Assembly (NCBI RefSeq): GCF_006345805.1
Contig: NC_043000.1
Span: forward strand, 150,474,001-150,538,000
Length of the DNA: 64,000 bases
Source: Octopus sinensis
Taxonomy: Eukaryota
Direction: 5' to 3'
Position numbers and translations under genes: made by a program. Of the stretch, positions 35,749-48,400 are shown one piece after another. Numbering within the stretch: the first letter of the stretch is position 1; each line of letters opens with the position of its first letter. The notes under the pieces were generated by a model. That model saw only the letters and a program-made list of their open reading frames with translations. It did not search any database and was not told the DNA's origin.

Positions 35749-38700
35749 CTGAAAAAAATATGAAATGAAATAAAAATAAGGTAATTTCATTGTAGTCAGA
35801 TGTGTTGATATAACCCCTGAAATCAAGATAATTTCTGAAGTAAACTATGACATGAAACATTTCCTCTTATTCACAGTAAATCAATTTATTCTATTTTTGA
35901 ACTATTTATACTGCGTGGAGGCGCAATGGCTCAGTGGTTAGGGCAGCGGACTCGTGATCGGAGGATTGCGGTTTCAATTCCAGACCGGGCGTTGTGTGTG
36001 CTTATTGAGTGAAAACACCTAAAAGCTCCATGAGGCTCCGGTAGGGTGTGGTGGCGACCCCTGTTGTACTCTTTCGCCACAACTTTCTCGCACTCTCTCT
36101 TCTTGTTTCTTGAGTAACGCAGCGATGGACTGGCGTCCCGTCCAGCTGGGGGGAACACATACGCCACAGAAACCAAGAAACCGGGCCCATTAGCCTGGGT
36201 AGGCTTGAAAAGGGCAAAAAAAAAAAAAAAAAAAAAAAACTGTAAAAGCAGGCCATCATTAGTTTTATCAGATCTTTCTGCTTACATTAATTGAGGTACA
36301 TTTTTGAACAGATGCCTATCTTAATAAAACTTTTGAATCATATTTTTATAGCTGGAACAGAGCTCAAGCCAGATGGTGAGGAAATATTGTGGTGAAATAG
36401 GCAAGGTGACAAGTGACTGCTACTTCCTGGATGAAAAATGCTAGAAGTGGTAATTGTTGTTTAGTGTGAAGTTAGTCTTGATTGAGCAGCTTAAAGTTGT
36501 TTAGCCATTTAGTATATCAAGAAATACATTATCTGTAGTATCTTTAAGTGTGATTTAAGGGGAGTTGGTAGCTATCTAAGCAAGTAAAGCAAACAAATAG
36601 AGTCTATCTAATGTACCAAAAGTTGACAGTTGGGGTTAAGTTAGCAATGAAAAATCATTAGATATTAACTAGTTACACAGAATACGCTATGTTTCCATGT
36701 CACTATGGAGCTGGTTTTATTTATTAATTTATGTAATCACGAAATTGCTTCAACTTTAGAACACAGAGTGCCAGAGAACTCCAAAATTGGTAATACCTTT
36801 ATATCAAATAAAGAAATAAATACCTTTAGAAATTGAGGATGTATAACTTTCACAAATCTTTTCAACAACTACATTAAAAAGAAGAGTAGTTTTTCTCTCT
36901 GTAATAAAATAACTTGGATACAGTTAAGGAAAAAAATTTTGGAAGATATAATTTATTTTGCATTAATGGAAAATTGAATAAAGATAAAAACTCTTCATTT
37001 GTCATCAAGTCAGTTTTTCTATACTAGTATGAGACAACTGAATTTGTTATTGAGGTATTGTTTTATTGCCGGATGCACTTCTTGTTGCTAAACCTGACCT
37101 ATTTTTCATGTATGGGATCTGTTATTTCACACACTTTCCAAGGAGCAAATACAATAGACACTCTGGTGACAGGGGAAAGAACAATGTCATCACTTGTAGC
37201 TCAGCAACTTTTGGAAAAGTGCAAATGTAAAGCAAATGTACATATACACAGCTGGCATCTTTTAGCTTTTTGCCTATCAAATCCACTCACAATGCTTTAG
37301 CTGGCCTGTGGCTACAGTAAAATGCACTTGTTCAAGGTACCATGCAGTGGGACCGAACCCAAATCCATGTCATTGAGAAGCAAACCTCTTAATCCTAGAG
37401 CCAATACAGAATGGATTCTTATCAAGTATAGTATCATTATCATTTTAATGCTTACTTTTCTACGCTCACATGGGTTGGATGGAATTCACTGAAGCAGATT
37501 TCCTATGGCTGGATGCTCTTGCTGTCACCAATCCGCACATGTTTCCAAGCAATCTTTTATCTTTTACTTGTTTCAGTCATTAGACTGTGGCCATGCTGGG
37601 GCACCGCTTTGAAGAATTTTTAGCTGAATGTACTTAATTTTGTTAAACCTGGTACTTGTTCTATCAGTCTCCTTTGCTGAACTGCTAGGTTACTGGGAAG
37701 TAAAAACACTCACACCAGCTGTCATGCAGTGATGGAGGAATAGACACATCCACACAAACATATATACAATGGGCTTCTTTCAGCTTCCATCTACCAAAAC
37801 CACTCACAAAGCGTAGCTTGGCTTGAGGCTACAGCAGAAGATACTTGTTCAAGGTGCCATGTGGGACTGAACCCAGAACCATGTGGTTGGGAAGAAAGTT
37901 TCTTACCACACAGCCATGCCTAAGCAAGATAATAATTTCTCAGAAAACTGGGAATGTGTGACAGTTTGTATGACAGTGATGCATATTTATAACTATCATG
38001 GGATAGTCAAAACAAGGATGCGTTTGCATGCACACACAAGCTTTTTTCCAGTTTCTGTCCACCAAATCTATTTGCAAAGCCTTGGTTGGCCTGAGTGCAT
38101 AGTAAAAGGCAATAGCCTAAGGTGTCACAGCCCAAACCATGCAGTTAGGAAGCAAACTTCTTAACCATACAGTTAGAAACTACACTGCAGGGAACTCAAG
38201 ATATTTATGGAACTAATTATCTTATTTCCATCACCAATGCCTCTATATAATTCATCATCATCATTCTTTTTTGATGCAACTACTCACACACTTTGTAATA
38301 TCTTAGATACCATATTCCTTCAATCAAGGAGACAAAAGACTGATGATTTGTACATAGCAGTGCCTGTACCGATTCAGAAAGAGGTCAAACACATCATCGG
38401 TTAATGTCGGTTTTCCATGCTGCCATTGGTTGGATGGCTCGACAGGAACTGGCAAGACCAGGCACCAACCCAGGTTCCATAGTCTGTTTTGGATGCCTTT
38501 CCTAATGCCAATAACTTTACAGAGTGTCATCATCATCATCATCGTTTAGCGTCCGCTTTCCATGCTAGCATGGGTTGGACGGTTCAACTGGGGTCTGGGA
38601 AGCCCGAAGGCTGCACCAGGCCCAGTCTGATCTGGCAATGTTTCTACGGCTGGATGCCCTTCCTAACGCCAACCACTCCGTGAGTGTAGAGGGTGTTTTT

Positions 38701-41700
38701 ATGTGCCACCAACACAGGTGTCAGACGAGGCTGGCGAACGGCCACGCTCGGATGGTGTTTTTTATGTGCCACCAACACAGGTGCCAGACGAGTCTGGCAG
38801 ACGGCCACGCTCGGATGGTGTTTTTTATGTGCCACCGACACAGGTGCCAGACGAGGCTGGCGAACGGCCATGCTCGGATGGTGTTTTTTTTATGTGCCAC
38901 GGACACAGGTGCCAGACGAGTCTGGCGAACGGCCACGCTCGGATGGTGTTTTTTATGTGCCACCGACACAGGTGCCAGACGAGGCTGGCGAACGACCACG
39001 CTCGGATGGTGTTTTTTATGTGCCACCGACACAGGTGCCAGACGAGTCTGGCGAACGGCCACGCTCGGATGGTGTTTTTTATGTGCCACCGACACAGGTG
39101 CCAGACGAGTCTGGCGAACGGCCACGCTCGGATGGTGTTTTTTATGTGCCACCGACACAGGTGCCAGACGAGGCTGGCGAACGACCACGCTCGGATGGTG
39201 TTTTTTATGTGCCACCGACACAGGTGCCAGACGAGGCTGGCGAACGGCCACGCTCGGATGGTGTTTTTTATGTGCCACCGGCACGGAGGCCAGGCACTAA
39301 GTGTTTTTAAAATTTTTTATGTGGTTCTATCACCAAAACTTTTTTACATATCACAACAAACTATGAAAAGCTGTCAACTGAATTATAAAATAAGAATTCA
39401 AACTGATTATCTCCGAAGATACATTGATGCAGAATTTTAAGGATACGTTCGCATAATACGATAAATAGTAGGCAGTCGTTTCAGCATTGCTTCTCTCTGA
39501 GCTTTTAAAGGAGTTTGAGTAATGGTTTCTTCTAAGCGTTTTGTTTCCTTTGCCCGGATCTGAAATGTTTAAAACCAGAAACAATTTTACATTGTAATTA
39601 ACAAAAAAAAAAAAATTTGTGGTAGAGAAATAACACTAACAACATGCAAATGTTCTCTTTACTATTACTGTATATACTCTTACTCTTTTACTTGTTTCAG
39701 TCATTTGACTGCGGCCATGCTGGAGCACTGCCTTTAGTCGAGCAAATCGACCCCGGGACTTATTCTTTGTAAGCCCAGTACTTATTCTATCGGTCTCTTT
39801 TGCCGAACCGCTAAGTGACGGGGACGCAAACACACCAGCATCGGTTGTCAAGCAATGCTAGAGGGACAAACACAGACACACATACATACATATATACGAC
39901 AGGCTTCTTTCAGTTTCCGTCTACCAAATCCACTCACAAGGCATTGGTCGGCCCGGGGCTATAGCAGAAGACACTTGCCCAAGATGCCACGCAGTGGGAC
40001 TGAAACCGGAACCATGTGGTTGGTAGGCAAGCTACTTACCACACAGCCACTCCTGCGCCAGTATATTTTAAAGAATATAAAATTTATATACTTTGTATTG
40101 GTATAAATGATATAAGTACATATTCAGTTGTTCAATGCAGTAGATAACGACTGAAATACTTCACTGAGTAATCTTTAGTTTTTGTTCTTCTAAATGTGTT
40201 GTCATTTGTCCAGAATCCAAATACTGTCAGAAGAAATTTTTACATTTTATCTCTTGAGAAGAGAAGGAAACTTGGGATAATTCAGATCATTAAGTCCCCA
40301 TCTCCAAAAAAGAAAATCCTAGGGCTGGCAAAGAAACACTTTTATTTGTTTGACTTTGGTCTTTCCATGCTAGGAGTAGAATGTATTTGAGGTAGGGTCT
40401 TATGACTGGATGTTGCCCCTGTTACCAACCATTACCCATTTTTTGAGAACAAGAATGTTTTCGAAAATATGGAGCTCGTGGTCGTTATGACAACAAAAAA
40501 TGCTTACTCAAGTGAAGTCATGGAATGTTAACATTCACAGATATACATGTATGCGACACACTTTCTAAAGTTCGCATCACTCAAATTCACTTGGCCCAGG
40601 GCTATAATAGGAGACACTTGCCCAAGATGCAATGCAGTGGAACTGAACCCCAAACCATGCGTTTGTGAAGTCAAAATATTTCAGAGAATTTTACTTTTAT
40701 ATTACAAAGAAACATGTTTGATAAAATTTAAATATGGTTTAAGATAAGCAAGTTTAATGTATAAGTAGCAATTGAAAACAATTTAAAACGTGTTAGGATA
40801 GTTGAATTATAAAATCCAAAAGTGCATTGCATTAAAAGCTAATTAGGGTAAAATTATGGGATGTCAAAAATGGAATAAAGTCGATATAGAAATAATAGAA
40901 TACAGATGGTAAAAGGTATATCATAAAATATACAAATACCAAGAACTACATAGAAGGGATACAACTATATAAATTACAATGTAAAATTCCATCATTACAT
41001 TTTAAATATTGTGAAATTTGTCTCGGATAATATATATCAAATTTACTGAAAGAGACTCATACTGGTATGGGAAAAATTAACATCATGTATAGCAGATAGA
41101 ATAAGCAAGGTGAGAAAGTGGTTGTTGTTGTTATTAAGCAACAAGACAGGTAAGGGTGATTAGGTGATGGCCTAGGGCTTAGGGGCAGGGGACCCCAGAC
41201 CTTGGAAAAAAAAAAAAAAATTTGGTCGTCTTGTTGTAGTCGAGGGCTCTTTGTTGATGCCTGACACTACTGGGAGGTGGCCCTTGAAGTCGCTGGAAAT
41301 GGAGATCTCCAGGTCCAAATTCTTGGACGGCTGAGAAAGTGGTTGAATATTAAAGGTATTAGTCAATACATGAAGATAAATAGTAAATAATACTTACTCT
41401 TTCAAGTAACCCAGAGGGGATTCCTTTGATTGATGTATCAACTTTTGGTGTAGATGGTTTATTGGGTGAGCTATTAGCCTTTGAAACATTTATCAAAGCA
41501 CTTTCCACCTAACGAAATAAAAAAAAATTTTTTAGACTGAAAATTTTCCAACTCTGCAGTTTCAGAAAACAATAAAAGAAAGGTATACTTGTTAGTGATA
41601 TTGTATGTCTATGGCAAATGATGTGCATGTAGAAAATTTATTTTGTGAGGAAATGCAAACAGCATATACTCTCTTTTACTCTTTTGTTTCAGTCATTTGA

Positions 41701-44700
41701 CTGCGGCCATAAAGTCAGATACTTAAAATGTAGAGCAAATTTTGTGCTGCAATGCCCATTGAAACATCAATCCATTCAGGTTCATTACAACCAGTCAAAA
41801 CCAGGGGAATCCTTGATGATGTACACCCAAATCTTGATGATGGGCAGTTTTTTCCCCCAGTATGTGGAACTGTCAGAGTTTCTATCCATTGTCATTTAGA
41901 AACTGGAATTTCAGTTTCTTTATCACTTCATATCTTCATTTGAACTAGAGTAAGAATCGTTAGTGTCACAGTTACAATTATCTCGAATTCACAGGCAAAA
42001 GGCAGTTTGCGTTTGCATGGCCATATATCAAAGAAAATTTAATGTACTGAATGATGCTGACAGTTACTGAGACTTGATTTACAAATATTTGTCTTAGCAA
42101 TGATATTTCTGTCAAGAACGAATGTCTTTCAAACTCTGTTAGACTTTGCAAGCTTCAATCACAAAATGCCTCACAAAGGTTCAAAAAGCTTCATAAAGAA
42201 AATGAGAAAACAACAATTTTCTTTCAGTCACAGGAAATCTGCGTAATTGAAAGAGTTGTTTCCCTTTTGGAATTTTTTTTTTGGTATTTAATAAGGCATT
42301 GCTAGATAAAAGCATGCAGTGCCGTTTTTAACTGTTCAGCGAAAGACTTTGAAGTGTGCAGAACATAAACTTTCTAAGAGTTAGGGAAAATATAATTTTC
42401 ACAAACGTTTTGATCTGGGGTTTTTTTTTTTTTACCAGATGGATACTCTCTTTTTACTTGTTTCAGTCATATGACTGCGGCCATGCTGGAGCACCGCCTT
42501 TAATCGAGTAACTCGACCCCGGGACTTATTCTTTTGTAAGCCCAGTACTTATTCTATCAGTCTCTTTTGCCGAACCGCTAAGTGACGGGGACGTAAACAC
42601 ACCAGCATCGGTTGTCAAGCAATGCTAGGGGGACAAACACAGACACACACACACATATATATATACATATATAGGACAGGCTTCTTTCAGTTTCCGTCTA
42701 CCAAATCCACTCACAAGGCATTGGCTGGCCCAGAGCTATAGCAGAAGACACTTGCCCAAGATGCCACGCAGTGGGACTGAACCCGGAACCGCATGGTTAG
42801 TTAGCAAGCTACTTACCACACAGCCACTCCTGCGCCTATGATATAAAGTTAAATATTTACTGAAGATTCCATTCAACCTCCCCACAGCATCTAGTCACAT
42901 CAACAAGAATGGGCACAACAGGAGTTGGAAAATCAACCATGTGTCTTAAAATTATTAGTTTGTACATCTTCATTAAATAGCTAAAATTGCTCAAGTGCTT
43001 TCTCTTAGGTTGTGACCTCCTAGTCTATATCTAAATTTTTTTCTGAAACAAGTTTTAACCGACACACCATACCCAAAATACAACAGTCATAGGAAGAGGA
43101 AGAACCTATTACTGACCTCAAGACGAAAAGAAAAACTGAAACTTACCTTAGGGTGTAGTTTCCCCCTTGTTGCATTTAAAACCTCATGAGCAGTTTGATA
43201 AACCTTGACATACGGAGGCTGGGGTAAAGGAGAAGGTTGAATGTCAGGTACTTGGTCTAATCGGAACTTAGGATGCCAACGAATAAGTCTGTCATCAGAA
43301 ACTGTCATAGGCTTTGGTAGGCTTTTCAGGAATTCCTACAATAAAAAGGATTTTGATATCATTCTCTCTTTCGTTTATTACGAACAGAAAAAAAAAAAAA
43401 AAAAAGGATCTTTTCGGTTTGAACGGCAGTTTTTTAACATTTCTAGGAAACTAAAATATTTTAAACTTCGTATACTGGTAGAATGTGTTTATATAACATC
43501 TTTTTCTCTTGGCTTTATTGAGAAAATTCTATCGTTTGTAAGACATTTGTTGTTGTTTTTTCTTCAATTTCTGCAATTTAAACCAATCAATTATGTCTAC
43601 TGAGGTAAAAAACATTATGTGCCGTATGAATATGTTCCTCGTTTAAGAAACAGATTGGGTTTATTTACATTTGTGAAGAAAAAAGGATACCCCCCTCCCC
43701 TAACCCTAAAACAGATTGAAATGCAATAGATCGATACTAGGGTCATAATTATGGGTGACAATTTCATATGACACCGCTAGAAAAAAAAAAAAAAAAAGAG
43801 ATTCTCTTTTACCGCTAACCTCTCAAAAGTATAGAACATGGTTTTGCAATTATACAGAGTTATGTACCTTGAACCAAGCAAGATAAAAATCCTCGTTTAA
43901 CATCTGCACTATCTTTTTTGTATTACTCTTTTACTTGTTTCAGTCATTTGACTGCGGCCATGCTGGAGCACCGCCCTTAATCGAGCAACTCGACCCCGAG
44001 ACTTATTCTTTTGTAAGCCCAGTACTTATTCTATCGGTCTCTTTTGCCGAACCGCTATGTAACGGGGGACATAAACACATCAGCATCGGTTGTCAAGCAA
44101 TGCTAGGGGGACAAACACAGACACACAAACACACCCACGCATATACGACAGGCTTCTTTCAGTTTCCGTCTACCAAATCCACTCACAAGGCTTTGGTCGG
44201 CCCGAGGCTATAGCAGAAGACACTTGCCCAAGATGCCACGCAGTGGGACTGAACCCAGAACCATGTGGTTGGTAAGCAAGCTACTTACCACACAGCCACT
44301 CCTGCGCCTATTATAGAAAAGAATTTAATGTAAAAGCATAGTATATGATTTTCAATAATATGATTTTCATGTTACCAAAGAGAGTGGTAGAGACTATGAT
44401 GTGGAAACCATGCCAGAACAGACAATGGAGTCTGGTGTGGCCCCCGGCCGTACCAGCTTTGGTCAAACCATCCAACCCATGCCAGCATGGAAAACGGACA
44501 TTAGCTGATGATGATATATAAACCAAATTCTATCTATCTATCCGCTCAGTCAAAGTCGACTCTCGGTCACTCGTTGGATCAGTGTCCTCCAGTCAGTTCT
44601 ATCCTGGGCCGCTTCCCTCAGATTGGCTATGTCCATTCCGGTATCCCTCTTGATGGTGTCAAGCCAGCGGGTTCTTGGTCGGGCCTCTTCCTCTCCTGCC

Positions 44701-45466
44701 ACTGACCATTCCGAGAATGATGTCCTTCTCCAGGGATTTTCTCCAACCAAATTACATCATTAAAACGTAACTTACAAGCTTCATTATTTGTTACTAATCA
44801 AACACACAAGAACGAACTATTTTTAAAAAATTGAGAAAAAAACTTACTTTATGCAACGTCATGACGCTCTTCACCAAATTGGCATGGAACATTTTCTTTC
44901 TGGCAATGAAATGAGTGGCTGTAAGATGCGGGTTGCCATTTTCAGGATCTGAAGAGGAGAAGAAAAGAAAAAGGAAATCGTCACCGTTTCAAGACAAATT
45001 GTATAAATTTAGCTTAATGTACTGTGTATATCATATCTCTCACGATTTGTTTCAGTCATTGAACTGCAGACTTCGGAAACATTTTTTCACGCTCAGAGTT
45101 GCTGAAGCATGGAATAAACTGCCTGCGTCAGTTGTTGACTGCCATGACACTGCATCTTTTAAGGCCCTCATGCTTTCCGAAATCCGCCGAAACTACACCT
45201 GATTATATATACACTTTAGATGAGTTGTAGTGCACCTGAGCACTGTACACAATTATTATTATTATTATTATTATTATTATACCATGGTATTGTCTTGAAG
45301 GGTTTAGGCTATCAAATTGACCATGGCACCTAGTGGATTGGTAAAAAGAAACTGATAAGACTAAGTTATGGGAATGTAAACAAACCAACACTGTTTGTCA
45401 AGTAGTGCTGGAGGGGAAACACAGACACACACATTATTTATCTATCTATGTGTATATGTATGTATA

Positions 45467-45499
<33 letters not shown>

Positions 45500-48400
45500 C
45501 ATCGTCTTCATCATCATCGTTTAACGTCCGTTTTCCATGCTAGCATGGGTTGGACGGTTCAACTGGGGTCTGGGAAGCCAGAAGGCTGCACCAGGCCCAG
45601 TCTGATCTGGCAGTGTTTCTACAGCTGGATGCCCTTCCTAACGCCAACCACTCCGTGAGTGTAGTGGGTGCTTTTTACGTGCCACCTGCACACAAACACA
45701 CATATATATCATTATGGTTATATATATATATATCGTTATGGTAATATTTTGCCAAATAAACACATGCACTATATACTAGTTCTTCATTTCAGCTTTATCA
45801 TTTTTCTTATTTTAGTATCCTTCATCTGAAATCGTTTGCCACACATCTGGTGACCTCTTCAGCAACTCTGCATCCCATGTGTCTCCCCCTGTCCTATTCA
45901 GTACATCCTATCTTTCTATGGTGTGTATCTTTACCTGCATGTGCACGCGCATGCACACACACACACACAGAGGCTTCCACACAGTTTCTACCTACCAAAT
46001 TCACTTAAATGTATTAGTTGGCCTGAGGTTATAGCACAAGACATTTGTCAAAGGTGCTGTACAGTGGGACTGAACCTGAAACCAAGCGAGTGCAGTATCG
46101 AGAGATGTGGCTTTGTGTCAAGTGATGAAGAATATGACAAAGGGATAGAAACAGGGATCTTGCTGCAGAGAATATGCATGGCTACCCTTCCGGCTTCACA
46201 GACCCCAGTTGAACCGTCCAACCCATGCTAGCATGGAAAGCGGACGCTAAATGATGATGATGATGATGATGATGATGACCCCAGCTGGAAAAGACAGAAG
46301 AGGATGAAAATCCATCAGGATGTACCCTCGGGTTGCAGGAAAGTGAATATAAGTGGTAGAGAGGATTGGACAGGGTAAGTGAGTGGGTATGTTTGTGAGA
46401 GTGGCAGATGGATAGGGACAGAGGGGAATGCAAACAGTGAGAAATATGAGTGGATGCTTGGAGGGCAACTGTGAGAGAGATGAATAATAATAATAGACAA
46501 ATTAACACAATGAACAGTCTTCTAAAAAACATCCATAGGCGCAGGAGTGGCTGTGTGGTAAGCAGCTTACTTACCAACCACATGCTTCCGGGTTCAGTCC
46601 AACTCTGTGGCACCTTGGGTAAATATCTTCTTATTTCTTTATTGCTCACAAGGGGCTAAACATAGAGGGGACAAACAAGGACAGACAAAGGGATTAAGCC
46701 GATTACATCGACCCCAGTGCATAACTGGTACTTAATTTATCGACCCCGAAAAATGAAAGGCAAAATCGACCTCGGCAGAATTTGAACTCCAAACGTAACG
46801 GCACATGAAATACCGCCAGGCATTTCGCCCAGCGTGCTAATGTTTCTGCCAGCTCGCTGCCTTGGGTAAGTATCTTCTACTATAGCCTCGGGCTGACCAA
46901 AGCCTTGAGTGGATTGGCAGAGGGAAACTGAACGAAGCCCATCGTGTATGTATGTGTGTGTGTATATATATATATATATATACACATATATATGTGTGTG
47001 TGTGTGTGTGTGTTTGTGCACTTCTGTGTTTGTCCCTGCAACATCGCTTGACAACTGATGCTGGTGTGTTTGTGACCTCTGTAACTTAGCAGTTCGGCAA
47101 AAGAGACCAACAGAATAAATACTACTCTTACAAAGAATAAGTCCTGGGGTCAATTTGCTCGACTAAAGGCGGTGCTCCAGCATGGCTGCAGTCAAATGAC
47201 TGAAACAAAAACAAGAATATATATGTATGTACGAAAGTGTGTGCTTCTTAGTGTTTGTTCCCACCACTGCTTGACAACTGGCGATGGTGTGTTTATGTCC
47301 CTGTAACTAAGCAGTTTGGCAAAAGAGATCAATGGAATAAGTACTAAGCTATAAAAAAAAAAAAAAAAAAAAAGGGAAAAACAATGTACTAAGGTTATTG
47401 ATTTGACTAAAAATTCTTGAAGGCAGTGCTCCAGCATGGCTGCAATCTAATGACTGAAACGAGTAAAAGATAGAAGAGGATAGTCATTTATGCTTACTGC
47501 TGTTCTCCATATTGGATTCTTCTAATTGGGGGGTGATAGTCAGTTGGTAGCCCTGATATTTGTAACCAAGTTTTGGAAGACCTTTTTCTTGTTTGAAGTC
47601 ATATGCATTAGGGTATACAGTTTTTATTTGACCAAGAACCTCTTGCTTAAAATCTCTGGAAATACAAAGAGAAAAACATACAAAAGGTTTGTTTTAATTG
47701 ATATTGAATCTAATATAGAATAAGATGAAATACATTTCTGAAGAGTATTTTTTTTTTCAGTGTAAAATATACACTATTCAGATTCTTGAAATATATTACA
47801 CAAAAATGTATTATATGCCAGTAAAGATACATAAACAAGAGCACTCAGAGTGTGCAAACCTCCGCCAAGGCAACATCAACGTCCTCTCAACGATTAGCCA
47901 GAGATGATTTTTAAAATGAGAATATCTGAAATAAACTTGACTGCTTTCACAAATGAGAATACTAAAAATGAACCCGACCGCTCTCAAAAATTAAGTGAAA
48001 AAAAACAGGAAAAATAATCCAGAATCCTTGTCCAGTACTGGATCGATCCCAAAATCTAATCAATTCATGCCAGTCACAAGGTCAAACCTCCCTGAAAGTT
48101 TCATCTGAATCCATCCAGTGGTTCTTGAGATATCTTGTCCAAGGACAAACAAATGCAACTGAAAACAATACCTCCCTCTTTTGGTAGTTCAGAGGTAATA
48201 AGCATACTTTTTATTGAATAACAATAAATTGCTTCAAGTTTTGGGACAAGGCCAACAGTTTTAGGTGGAGGGGAAGTCCATAACACTGACCCTCAGTACT
48301 TGGCCAGTAGTTATACTGTCAACCTTGGAGGGATGAAAAGCCAAGTTGGATTTGGCAGAAATGCTGCTATGCATTTTGTCCAAGACACTAATGATTCTTC

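Noticed and set aside
38575-39440. Several long overlapping ORFs (187-245 aa) and a CRISPR-like regular array
   Set aside because: The ORFs are by-products of a stop-free 63-bp tandem unit in a LINE 3' UTR; there are no unique spacers or cas genes and the context is eukaryotic
41980-42200. Possible Helitron/PIF1 helicase remnant (LSRT-like peptide)
   Set aside because: Too degenerate, with multiple stops and frameshifts; cannot be supported without a profile search
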